From positions 56,172-120,171 of the forward strand of contig JBCCWS010000005.1 of assembly GCA_039193195.1 (NCBI GenBank): a DNA stretch of 64,000 bases, written 5' to 3'. The first letter of the stretch is position 1. Every line of letters starts with the position of its first letter. Shown here one piece after another: positions 30,484-39,956 of this stretch. The stretch comes from Pseudomonadota bacterium. GTDB lineage: Bacteria > Pseudomonadota > Gammaproteobacteria > Steroidobacterales > JBCBZW01. The translations under genes and the position numbers were made by a program. Under the pieces are notes generated by a model. That model made no database searches and was not told where the DNA came from. It saw only the letters and a list, made by a program, of their open reading frames with translations.

Positions 30484-32082
30484 TCAGATCGCCATGGTCT
30501 CGGCGATGTCGGCGCCAAGATCGTCGAGCACTTTCATGGCCGTCGCCCGCCCGCCGCCGGTCACCGCACCGCCTGGGTGCATGAAAGGCCCGGCCAAATA
30601 GAGTCCTTCGGCCCCAGGCACTGCGTACTGGGCCAGTGCCGGCGTCGGCCGGCGCCCCAGGTACTGGTGAACCCAGTTGCCAATACCGAAGATATCGCCC
30701 TTTTGGAAGGAGGGCGACCACTTCGCCATATCCGCTGGGGATTCCGCTGCGCTGGCGATGATGTTGTCTGCGGTCATGTTGGTACAGTACTGGGCGTACT
30801 GCTTCATCATCCACTCCTTGTACAGGTCCCGGACCTCAGCGTTCCAGCCGTCGATCGGTCGGTTGCCGATGGGGCCCGTGTGCTTGAGCTCCAGGGGGGC
30901 GAAGTTGTATAGGTACAGCGTGTGCTTCCCTGGGGGCGCGCGGTGCGGGTCGTGGTTCGTGTGGTGGGCGATCACCGCATTGAAGTTCGACGCCAGCTTG
31001 CCTGACTTGCAGTCCTTGAGCCCTTGGCGCAGCTCATCCAATGTCGACGGCACGCACTCTACGAGTAGGGACTTGTTGATCTCCGGGCACTTGTAGCTGG
31101 GTGCCTCGTGCAGGGCCCAGTGCGTGTTGAGTGCTCCAAAGGACGACAGTTCGCAGTTCTTGGCGTCGGCTACCAGCTGTGCGTCCAGACCCTCGATGTA
31201 GTCACCGAGCAGCCAGGGGTGAATGCACGCGATGACGCACTTGTCAGCCTTGATCATCTCGCCGCCATCGAGCTCGACACCCGAGGTCTTGCCGCCGCTG
31301 TTGTCGATCTTGCGCACCCAAGTGTTGGTGCGTACCTCGCCGCCATGGGACTCGATGCAGCGCACGAGGGAGTCGCTCAGCGCCTGCGTGCCGCCGCGCA
31401 CGGAGGTCTCCTCTTGCGTGTGTGCGACTGCCGTGAGGAAGTACAGGTACACGCCGGTGCCGCGCTCGTCCGGGTCGACCATGCCCTCGGCCACCCATTT
31501 GATGAAATGCAGGCGCACCTTCTCATGCTCGAACATGCGGCTGATCAGATCTGTAGCGCTGACCAGCATGGCACCGAGCAGCTCCTGGCCGATCGGGCTC
31601 TGGTCCAGCATCGCCATGAACGGGCCGAAGGGGAGGGGCGGCTTGAACATGCCGGCAGTGAACAACGGTCCCATCTGCATGACTTTCAGCGCGAACTGGC
31701 GATAGGTCTCCGCATCCTTCGGCGAGAACTTGGCGATGGTCTCGCAGGTCTTGTCCAAGTCGACGAAGGTGCCCATCCAGGTCTCGTCGGCGTAGAGGGA
31801 AACGTACGTACCCTCGGGGGAATCGAACTGGAGGCCGAATTTCGACTGTAGGTCGAGTTCGTCGTTCACGATCATCGGATTGGCCATGATGAGAATCATG
31901 CCCGTGGCGTGCGTATCGTGTTTGAAGCCCGGTGCGGTGACCTCGCGAGAGACTACACCCCCGCCTACGATGTCGTTCTTCTCCAGAACGCACACGCTCA
32001 TGCCCGACTTCGCCAGATAAGCCGCCGCGGTGAGCGAGTTGTGTCCGGCGCCGACGACGACGGCGTCATACGAGTGCGGCAC
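30484..32082 (-). CDS. Phytoene dehydrogenase-like NAD(P)/FAD oxidoreductase
   Basis: VVVGAGHNSL, LEKN..GG, GLYLAGPFMHPGGAVTG. Confidence 0.88.
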   Translation of the reverse strand: MPHSYDAVVVGAGHNSLTAAAYLAKSGMSVCVLEKNDIVGGGVVSREVTAPGFKHDTHATGMILIMANPMIVNDELDLQSKFGLQFDSPEGTYVSLYADETWMGTFVDLDKTCETIAKFSPKDAETYRQFALKVMQMGPLFTAGMFKPPLPFGPFMAMLDQSPIGQELLGAMLVSATDLISRMFEHEKVRLHFIKWVAEGMVDPDERGTGVYLYFLTAVAHTQEETSVRGGTQALSDSLVRCIESHGGEVRTNTWVRKIDNSGGKTSGVELDGGEMIKADKCVIACIHPWLLGDYIEGLDAQLVADAKNCELSSFGALNTHWALHEAPSYKCPEINKSLLVECVPSTLDELRQGLKDCKSGKLASNFNAVIAHHTNHDPHRAPPGKHTLYLYNFAPLELKHTGPIGNRPIDGWNAEVRDLYKEWMMKQYAQYCTNMTADNIIASAAESPADMAKWSPSFQKGDIFGIGNWVHQYLGRRPTPALAQYAVPGAEGLYLAGPFMHPGGAVTGGGRATAMKVLDDLGADIAETMAI

Positions 32083-32122
32083 GATGATCCTCCAAGGTGC
32101 TCGAGTAGTGGGGCGTGTGCCG

Positions 32123-32896
32123 CTACTCCATAATGCGAGCGCTGTGCGCCGCATCCACAGTCAGGGTAGTCCCGGAGACGTAACGCGAGGCATCGCTGGC
32201 TAGAAACAGCAGGGGGCCATCGAGTTCTTCCAGGGTGCCAAACCTGCCGATCGGCAGGCGTTCTTGCGCCGCTTGGCCCTCGGGTGTCTCCAGCCACCAA
32301 CGCGTTAGGTCCGTTTCGATGTAGCCCGGCGCCAAGCAGTTCACCCGGATTCCGTCTTTGATGAGATCCAGGGCAATGGACCGGGTCATGTGAATGACGG
32401 CGGCCTTCGAGGCGCAATAGTTAGCGGAGCCGGGTCGGGCGATAGCACCGAGGATGGACGCGATGTTGATGATCGATCCAGGCTTGCCCGCGCGAAGTAG
32501 GCGCTGCGCGCAAATTTGCGCAGCGCGGAATAGGCCGTTGACGTTGATATCAAGAACCGAGGTGAACTGCTCGTCGGTCATCTCCGTGACCGGTGCCATG
32601 GCCTGAATGCCGGCGGAATTCACCAGAATGTCGACCACACCGATCTGTTCCTCGATGCGGTCGAACGCTATCTCTACGGCCGCCCGGTCCGCAAGGTCGA
32701 CGCTCAGCGCAAGCGCGCGACCACCGCTCCCTTCGATGCCTTGTGCGACCTCCTGCAGGGGGTCGATTCGACGCCCGATGACCGCCACCTTGGCGCCGTT
32801 TTGGGCCAGGACCGCGGCGAAACGAGCGCCCAGGCCGGTGCCACCGCCAGTGACGAGCGCCACCCGTTCTGCTACAGAAAACGCGCTCGAGCTCAT
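32123..32896 (-). CDS. SDR family oxidoreductase
   Basis: TGGGTGLG, NSAG, YCASK. Confidence 0.92.
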   Translation of the reverse strand: MSSSAFSVAERVALVTGGGTGLGARFAAVLAQNGAKVAVIGRRIDPLQEVAQGIEGSGGRALALSVDLADRAAVEIAFDRIEEQIGVVDILVNSAGIQAMAPVTEMTDEQFTSVLDINVNGLFRAAQICAQRLLRAGKPGSIINIASILGAIARPGSANYCASKAAVIHMTRSIALDLIKDGIRVNCLAPGYIETDLTRWWLETPEGQAAQERLPIGRFGTLEELDGPLLFLASDASRYVSGTTLTVDAAHSARIME

Positions 32897-33462
32897 GGGA
32901 ATCCACTCCATCTTACGGTTGACCCTGGGCTCACGCCGTAATGGAGCGGTCGCCAGTCTTCACCATAGAGTCTTGCCTCCCCCCCAGCGGTGGGCAACTG
33001 TGGTTTGTGATAGTGGCTCGTGAATGTGCTTCGCCTCTCCAGCTGGGCCGTTGCGAACGGGGCTTCTGTCGGGCTGTAGTAAGACTGGTCGGCCGGATCG
33101 CCACGCCTATCGTCGCCTATACCGCCATCACTACCCATTGGGTTGATCTCGCGGTTCCTGGCAGCAAGATCGCAAGGACATAGCCCAACTGGAATCCCCC
33201 CCTTGGTCAAAGCTTGGGCCGCTCTGGCGTTTCCTTACGTTTCTTCACCCTTGTTGCCACTCCCTCCCGGTTCTAAGCCGTGCGTTAACTTGCAGTTGCT
33301 AGCCTGTTGACCATCGAAATCGCCATGGCCGGATAAGGCGTTGCGCCTAACGGCTTTGTGCTTCTGGTATGCGGGGAGACGGTGCGGTCCCAAGCGTCGT
33401 CGTGGACCCCACCTCACCGTAGCTCACTCACCTGCCGCACTAAGAAACCAAAGGAGTTCACT

Positions 33463-34008
33463 ATGTTTGCAAAGCAGTCCCTTCCCCTCGCGATGAGTCT
33501 ACTCATGTTTTCGCCTTTCGCCGCCCACGCGCAGGGCACGCTCGCCTCGACGATGGAAGTGTACGTCTTCCCCAAGTCGGGGCAGCCCGCGCAGGCGCAG
33601 AGCAAGGCCGAGGCCGAGTGCTACCAGTGGGCATCCACCAACACTGGCACGGATCCCTTCGAACTTGCCAAGGATTTGCAGCAGGCGGAGGCTGACGCGC
33701 GCCAGGCACAGGCCGCGGCACAGCAGGAGGCTAAGGGCTCGGCAGTGAAGGGGGCTGCTCGAGGCGCCGCGGCGGGGGCCATCGTAGGCGAGATCGCCGA
33801 TGATCGTGCGGGGAAGGGCGCCGCCGCAGGTGCAGCCGTGGGCGGCGTTCGGGGACGGCTTAAGTCCCGTCGTAACCAGCGTTCGACGGCCAAGGACACC
33901 GAGCAGGAGTTGCAGGCGACTAAGGTGGCTTCCGCTGCGGAGCTCGAGAAGTTCAAGAAGGCATTCAGCGTTTGTTTGGAGGCCAAGGACTACTTGGTCA
34001 AGTACTGA
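33463..34008 (+). CDS. Secreted glycine-zipper protein
   Basis: AAGGAG RBS, signal peptide, GAARGAAAGAIVG...GAAAGAAVGG, two Cys. Confidence 0.75.
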   Translation: MFAKQSLPLAMSLLMFSPFAAHAQGTLASTMEVYVFPKSGQPAQAQSKAEAECYQWASTNTGTDPFELAKDLQQAEADARQAQAAAQQEAKGSAVKGAARGAAAGAIVGEIADDRAGKGAAAGAAVGGVRGRLKSRRNQRSTAKDTEQELQATKVASAAELEKFKKAFSVCLEAKDYLVKY

Positions 34009-34074
34009 GAATGGACTCAGATCACCGGTCCGCGAGCGCTGGCCGGCCTTCCCGATGACACAGGAGAGATCGAC

Positions 34075-34746
34075 GTGAAGCGATTGGCATGGGCGAGCGG
34101 GTTACTTTGCTTGTTGGCGACCGGCTCACTCTTGGCGCAGGAACCCGATGTCGCCAGGATTCGCGCGTCCATGGTCGAGAACCAGCAAGCGCTGCGACAG
34201 TACGTCTGGCATTCGCGGGCAAGGGTGGAGGTGGACGGCGAACAGCAGAAGGTGGATCTATACCAGATGCGCTACAACTTCGCCGGAGAACTGGAGAGCA
34301 CCCGCCTCGGCGGCGAGGCGCCGGAGCAGAAGAAGGTGCGTGGGCCCGTGCGTAAGCGGCTTGCGAAGAACAAGAAGAAGGGAGCTGCGCAATTCACACA
34401 GGCGGTCAAGGATCAGCTGCAGGTCTACCTATCGATTGACAAACTCACCGAGGTGTTGGAGGGCGCCTTCCTGCGGCCAGGAGAGGACACGATCATGCTT
34501 CGCTCTCAAGACATGGTGATCGAGGGTGACATGGTGGAGTTCGAGCTGGTTCGAGCGACGCGCCAACCCATGACTATGCGCATTGAGTCTACCGTGGACG
34601 ATGAGCCAGTGGAGATGACCATCACCTTCCAGCGGCTTCCAGAGGGACCGAACTACCCGGCGCGCCAGGTGGTAGAGACGCAATTGGGCAAGAGAGCGCT
34701 GGTGATCACGACGGAGAACTACAACTACATGAAGCAGCCACGTTAG
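34075..34746 (+). CDS. Secreted hypothetical protein
   Basis: AGGAG RBS, signal peptide, beta-rich composition. Confidence 0.7.
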   Translation: MKRLAWASGLLCLLATGSLLAQEPDVARIRASMVENQQALRQYVWHSRARVEVDGEQQKVDLYQMRYNFAGELESTRLGGEAPEQKKVRGPVRKRLAKNKKKGAAQFTQAVKDQLQVYLSIDKLTEVLEGAFLRPGEDTIMLRSQDMVIEGDMVEFELVRATRQPMTMRIESTVDDEPVEMTITFQRLPEGPNYPARQVVETQLGKRALVITTENYNYMKQPR

Positions 34747-35026
34747 CTCACGGGTCTCTCGCGCAGCCGCAAGGCCCAGCCTTGGCAAGGCGCCCTTGGG
34801 CCTGCCGCTACTTGGTCAGAGCGAATCAATCCGCGCGCGATGCCTACGGTGAGCTAAGCACTTGCTAGCGAGTCTCCTGCTAGAGGTAGAGGGTCTTAAC
34901 GCACCCTGGCGATCGCAGGCTGCGATGCCATGATCTCGACCCTGCGATTATGTCGCGCAGCGGTCATCAGAAGGGACTGCTCTCCTATACTTCGTCGCCG
35001 CTATCCACCTTTCCAGGGAGCAGCCG

Positions 35027-37477
35027 ATGACCAAACCACCTCGTACTCACCCTAGCCAAATGAGCAATCTCTTGAGCGCTGCAGTCGCTTTGGCAGTGGG
35101 GGCGGCGCAGGCACAAGATCCATTCCCAGCGGAGCTAGAGGTCACCGAGTTGCTGCCCGAAAACGGCGGGGACGGATCGCGAGGAGTTGTCTTCGTCAGC
35201 GACAACGAGGGCGCCCGCCTAGGGTGGTCAGTGGGCGGGGGTGCTGACGTCAACGGCGATGGTGTAGACGACATTATTCTCGGGGCCCCCTGGTACTACA
35301 CAGAGGAACGCTTCGGCGGTCAAGCCTACCTGATCCTAGGAAGTACCACCGGCTTTGATCCGGTGTTCCCGATTGAGCGACTCCGTGCCCGAAATGGAGC
35401 AGACGGTAGTGAGGGCACCGTGCTGGAGACGCGCTTTGGCAATCAAACCCTGGGGGAGAGCGTCGACCTGGCAGACTTTAACGGCGATGGTTTTGGCGAC
35501 CTAATCGTTAGTGCCCCGGGGTCCGATGTGGTGCCCTTCGAGCGAGAGGGGAGAACCTTCATTGTCTACGGTGGACCGAACCTGCCCGCCGAGATATTCG
35601 TGCTCGATCTGCTGGCTGACGCTGGCGCCGATGGCTCTCTTGCCCTCGTGCTGAACGGCATCGGGAACTTCGATAGAACCGGTGAGGACGTAGCCCAACT
35701 CGGCGATGTCAACGGCGATGGAATGGACGATCTGGGCATTCAAGCGCGTGGTGTCTTTGTGGTTTTCGGAGGCCCTCGCACCGGGCCGGAGTTCGATCTT
35801 GTGGAACTGCGGGTAGGAGACGGAAGCGCGGGATACGAAATTCAGCCACCGGAGGGCGCCCGCTTATCCAACGTATCGAGCGGAGGGGATATCAATGGTG
35901 ATGGGCTAAACGAAATCCTCACAGGCTCCGGGACCATAGACATCGACGGCGTGGCCGATCGCGGCTACGGGTTCAGCGTGTTCGGTGCTCCGACTGGAGC
36001 CCTTCCGGCCGAGCTACCCGTGAGCGATCTGCTGGAGCGCAACGGCGGCGATGGCTCCCTAGGCTTCGCCGTGCCCGGCTTTGATCAGTCTGATTTTACA
36101 GGTGGGGCAGTGGGCCACGCAGACCTGAACGCTGACGGCTACGACGATGTGGCCATCGGTAGCTTCTTCGCGGACTTTCAATCACCGGGGTCAGCCGGCG
36201 CCGTCTATCTGATCTACGGCGGCGCGGGACCCTATCCCGCGGAGATCGATCCCAGCCAACTGTTCGCGGACAACGGCGGGGACGGCAGCACTGGTACCGT
36301 CTTCAAGGGGTTCGAGTCTCGCGGCGAAGTTGGATACTCGGTGAGCTCTGCTGGCGATCTCAACGGCGACAACATCGAAGATCTCATCATCGGCGCTACG
36401 GGTGCCGACAGCGACTCGGAGCGCGACGTGGGCGAGGCCTACGTGATCTTCGGACGACGGGATGGCTTTGCGGCAGAGTTCGAGCTCTCATCGTTGTTCG
36501 CAATAAACGGAGGTGATGGCGGTGATGGGTTCGTGATCCGCGGCATCGGCCAGGATGGCTTACTGGGCTATGACGTTAGCGCCGTAGGGGATGTGAACGG
36601 CGACGGGATCGACGACGTAGTGGTGGGTGCGATGGACCGCGATACCAGCGTCGGAGAGTCGGCAGGAGAGGGCTACTTGATATTCGGTCGGCGGACTAAA
36701 GTACTGCGCTCCACTATCGATGGAACTGATGGCCGCTCAGGCCTATGCGTGAATTCGGACACGGCTGAGAGTGTGACGGCGCTGTTTCCTGGCGCTTCTC
36801 CTTCCGAGACCCTCGATTGCTTGCCGCTTGGGCTTGTGGTCGGCGCTGGAGACGGCATCCGATTGCAGCTGGGCGGTTCTTTCGTAGATGGCTTAAGTGG
36901 TCAGACGAGTGGCTTGGAGGTGCCTGCGCAAGTCAGCTGCACAAACCGAGATACCGGCGAGCAGCTGGAGATGAGCACGGACCTCGATGGTCACTGGGAC
37001 TGTTCGCTCGCTGGCCTGACTGCGGCCGCTGGCGACAGTGTTTCCGTACGGATCCAAGGGACCGCTCCGGGAGGTGAACCTGCCGAATCTGGGAACACCC
37101 TCACCCTTGCGGGTATGGACACGCGGATCGGTGTGTGCCGAAACGTCAGCTCGGATACGCTCGCCAGTGGAACGCTCCCGGAACCTGGAGTTCGCGAGAC
37201 AGTCGATTGCGACATCCTTGGACTGGAGGTCGCGCCTGGCGACACGCTGTTGATACAGGGTAGGGGTGTCTATTTGGGGGCGGCGTTGATCGGCGAGTTT
37301 ACTGGCCTTGATGCACCGCTCTTTGCCCGCTGCAGCAACGATAGCACTGGCCAGACAGTGACGATTCCCCTTCCGGCCCGTGATGGCTCTTTCGATTGCT
37401 TGGCGGCGGGGCTGACGCCCATGGCAGGAGATCAGTTGACCGTCCTCGTTCGAGGTGCCGTTGCTACTAACCGCTGA
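35027..37477 (+). CDS. Secreted FG-GAP (integrin alpha-like) repeat protein with C-terminal Cys repeats
   Basis: About seven GDxNGDGxxDxxxGA repeats; signal peptide. Confidence 0.9.
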   Translation: MTKPPRTHPSQMSNLLSAAVALAVGAAQAQDPFPAELEVTELLPENGGDGSRGVVFVSDNEGARLGWSVGGGADVNGDGVDDIILGAPWYYTEERFGGQAYLILGSTTGFDPVFPIERLRARNGADGSEGTVLETRFGNQTLGESVDLADFNGDGFGDLIVSAPGSDVVPFEREGRTFIVYGGPNLPAEIFVLDLLADAGADGSLALVLNGIGNFDRTGEDVAQLGDVNGDGMDDLGIQARGVFVVFGGPRTGPEFDLVELRVGDGSAGYEIQPPEGARLSNVSSGGDINGDGLNEILTGSGTIDIDGVADRGYGFSVFGAPTGALPAELPVSDLLERNGGDGSLGFAVPGFDQSDFTGGAVGHADLNADGYDDVAIGSFFADFQSPGSAGAVYLIYGGAGPYPAEIDPSQLFADNGGDGSTGTVFKGFESRGEVGYSVSSAGDLNGDNIEDLIIGATGADSDSERDVGEAYVIFGRRDGFAAEFELSSLFAINGGDGGDGFVIRGIGQDGLLGYDVSAVGDVNGDGIDDVVVGAMDRDTSVGESAGEGYLIFGRRTKVLRSTIDGTDGRSGLCVNSDTAESVTALFPGASPSETLDCLPLGLVVGAGDGIRLQLGGSFVDGLSGQTSGLEVPAQVSCTNRDTGEQLEMSTDLDGHWDCSLAGLTAAAGDSVSVRIQGTAPGGEPAESGNTLTLAGMDTRIGVCRNVSSDTLASGTLPEPGVRETVDCDILGLEVAPGDTLLIQGRGVYLGAALIGEFTGLDAPLFARCSNDSTGQTVTIPLPARDGSFDCLAAGLTPMAGDQLTVLVRGAVATNR

Positions 37478-37807
37478 GTGCGCAAGTTGCTCGCTTGCCG
37501 TCCCGCGATAGGTTCTCGATGGCCCTCACCGACTGTCACTGGTGTCACCTGACCATCCAAGGTGTCTACCTTGCTGGCAGGTGATTACAAGAACCAGCGC
37601 TAGCTAATAGTAAAGTTCACTCATCAGGTAGCTCTGGTGTCCCTCGTTAGGGCTTGCTTAGGCAACGCCCTAGCGAACCGACTCCGGCTAGGGCGTCGGC
37701 GTGTCATGGGGATCAAGGGGCGCGGTACCTTGGAAGGAGCTTTGGGTTTCTGTGCAGTTGAGCTATCATCGCGGCCAGGTTTACTTATGTCGAAAGAGAG
37801 AGGCTGA

Positions 37808-38164
37808 ATGAAATACTTCGTTAAGGCTTCGATTATCATGGCACTGGTCATTGCTGCTACAACTCCCGCCCAGGCCACGAATCGGTGGTTCTACGGGCCG
37901 GTTACTCAGGTAATTACGCTCCACGATGATGGCAGTTTCTTTGTCTACATAGACAACGTTGACATCAAGAGTTCGTGCGACTACGACCGCGTTAGCTTCG
38001 AGGTGTCTGACATGGGGGCTGAGCGCACGAAGGCTGCGCTGTCGATGGCATTGAGTGCATTTGCCGCGGACCGGCAATTCGGTGTCGTGATTGACTTTCC
38101 GCCTAGCGGAACCGCTTGTAAAGCGTCATCCACTGCGACCCAGGGAGCGGGTATCAAGAACTAG
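37808..38164 (+). CDS. Small secreted hypothetical protein
   Basis: Signal peptide ending AQA, two Cys, lower GC. Confidence 0.7.
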   Translation: MKYFVKASIIMALVIAATTPAQATNRWFYGPVTQVITLHDDGSFFVYIDNVDIKSSCDYDRVSFEVSDMGAERTKAALSMALSAFAADRQFGVVIDFPPSGTACKASSTATQGAGIKN

Positions 38165-38552
38165 TCCCTGGCGAAAATTTTAGGCTATATGAACGGGTCA
38201 AAGTGCAGCATGTGTCGACGAACCGAGTCGTCCAGGCGCGGCGCAAGCGAGTGTGGCTCCGAAGCGCAGTGAAGCGATCTGTGCGACGGCGTCTCGCCGT
38301 ATCGAGACGCCATGCGGCCGCGTTGCATGTTCAACCTTGTCGCGCAAGAAGCAGGGTAAGGTGAGGCCTTTGAACTGCGAGTCTAGTTGCCGATCACGAA
38401 GTCGACATCGAAACGAGTGCCGAGACATTGGATGTCGCGTACACCCGTTGCACAGCTAAGGTCGGGATTGTCCTCGTGGCACTTAGTCAAACTCGGTGGA
38501 GGCCTGAGCGATGCTGTTGCGGCAGCTAGCGCTAACTCCCGTGACCATACTC

Positions 38553-39545
38553 TCAACTCGTGACGACGACGATCTTGCCGATCTGTGCGTTCGACTCCAT
38601 GAAGCGGTGCGCCTCGACGATGTCGTCCAGCTTGAACTCCCGGCTCACGAGCGGTTTGTATGCGCCCGACTCGATGCGCGTGCTGATGTAGTTCACCGCA
38701 GATGCGGCTAGATCAGGCTGACGAGTCACTTCGAACAAGGTGTATCCGCGGACTGTCAGGCCACGACCTAGCGCTTCCATCAGAGGGAATGGAGTAGGCG
38801 CGGTCGCCAGGGCGCCGTAAACGAAAACAACCCCGCCCGGCTTAGTGGCCTTGCCTAACTCGGTGAGCGTTGGTCCGGCGACTGGGTCGAAGACAATGTC
38901 GGCGCCTTGGTCATCAGTGATGGCTAGGACACGCTCGGCGAGGTCTTCCTCGTCTGTCACGACCACGTGGTCCGCGCCAGCCTCGACTAACGCATTGGCC
39001 TTGTTTCGCCCGCGGGTGGTGGCGATGGCTGTTGCGCCCGCCTCCTTCACCATCTGGATGCTGGCGATGCCAACGCTGCTGCTAGCAGCCGTGATCAGGA
39101 CAGCCTGACCAGCACTCAGGGACCCGTAGTGCACCAGAGCACCCCAGGCGGTCATGTAGGGCATCCACACTGAGGCGCCTTGGGAGGGTGTAAGCGACGG
39201 CGGGTACGCGGCGACCGCGTGGGCAGGAACGATCGCGCTTTCGCCGTAAACTCCGTACGCGTTCATCGAAAAGGCGGGGATAGTCGCGACCTGTTCACCG
39301 ACCTGGATGTGGTCCACGCCGTCTCCGACAGCGTCCACGGTCCCTGCCGCGTCGTAGCCAATGCGGGCTGGAAGCTCAGGCTGCTCCAGATAGGCGCCCA
39401 TGCGAAACATGACTTCGGCACGATTGAGACCGATGGCTGCCACCTTGATGCGAACTTCGCTTGCGAGCGGGTCCCGGAGCGGCTGCTCCTCCACTTGCAA
39501 TACCTCGGCACCACCGAGCTGATAAAAAACAACCTGCTTTGGCAT
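38553..39545 (-). CDS. Zn-independent MDR / quinone oxidoreductase family
   Basis: GLNRAEVM, TAASSSVG, FDPVAG, MESNAQIGKIV. Confidence 0.9.
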   Translation of the reverse strand: MPKQVVFYQLGGAEVLQVEEQPLRDPLASEVRIKVAAIGLNRAEVMFRMGAYLEQPELPARIGYDAAGTVDAVGDGVDHIQVGEQVATIPAFSMNAYGVYGESAIVPAHAVAAYPPSLTPSQGASVWMPYMTAWGALVHYGSLSAGQAVLITAASSSVGIASIQMVKEAGATAIATTRGRNKANALVEAGADHVVVTDEEDLAERVLAITDDQGADIVFDPVAGPTLTELGKATKPGGVVFVYGALATAPTPFPLMEALGRGLTVRGYTLFEVTRQPDLAASAVNYISTRIESGAYKPLVSREFKLDDIVEAHRFMESNAQIGKIVVVTS

Positions 39546-39956
39546 CCCGCACCAATCCTGTCGAGTTGAGGTGCTCTTAGTGTACCGCGTCGATCGGTTA
39601 GCGAAAGAGCGCAACTCGGTGCGATGCCAGCGATCCGCTGGACCCCGCTAGGCAGCGCTAACGCTGTGCGAGCGGTAAAGGCTGCTTGGCTCCAGGACGG
39701 AGTCTTTGCACGGTGGCGCGCTGGAGATCGGTCTGAGGCATCGAGCCAATCTCCGTCATTGGGTACTCGCGAGGGCCAGGTGCCTGCAGCAAATGGTCGA
39801 AGCATCCGCACATTGCCCTTTTGCCTTCGATGTCACCCAGTCCGCCGGCGGTCTCGCTGATCGCCGTATCGAGGTGTCATGATCGCTAAGAAGAAGCAAC
39901 CTCTGGGGGTGATCGTCGACCATAGCTCTCGTCTCGGGAGCGAGTGTGGCGCGACG

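Noticed and set aside
32912..33460. Long intergenic region as a possible ncRNA or riboswitch
   Set aside because: No recognisable conserved motif or convincing structure by eye.
38165..38552. Short ORFs between the secreted protein and the oxidoreductase
   Set aside because: No RBS or motif, and the composition is not protein-like.
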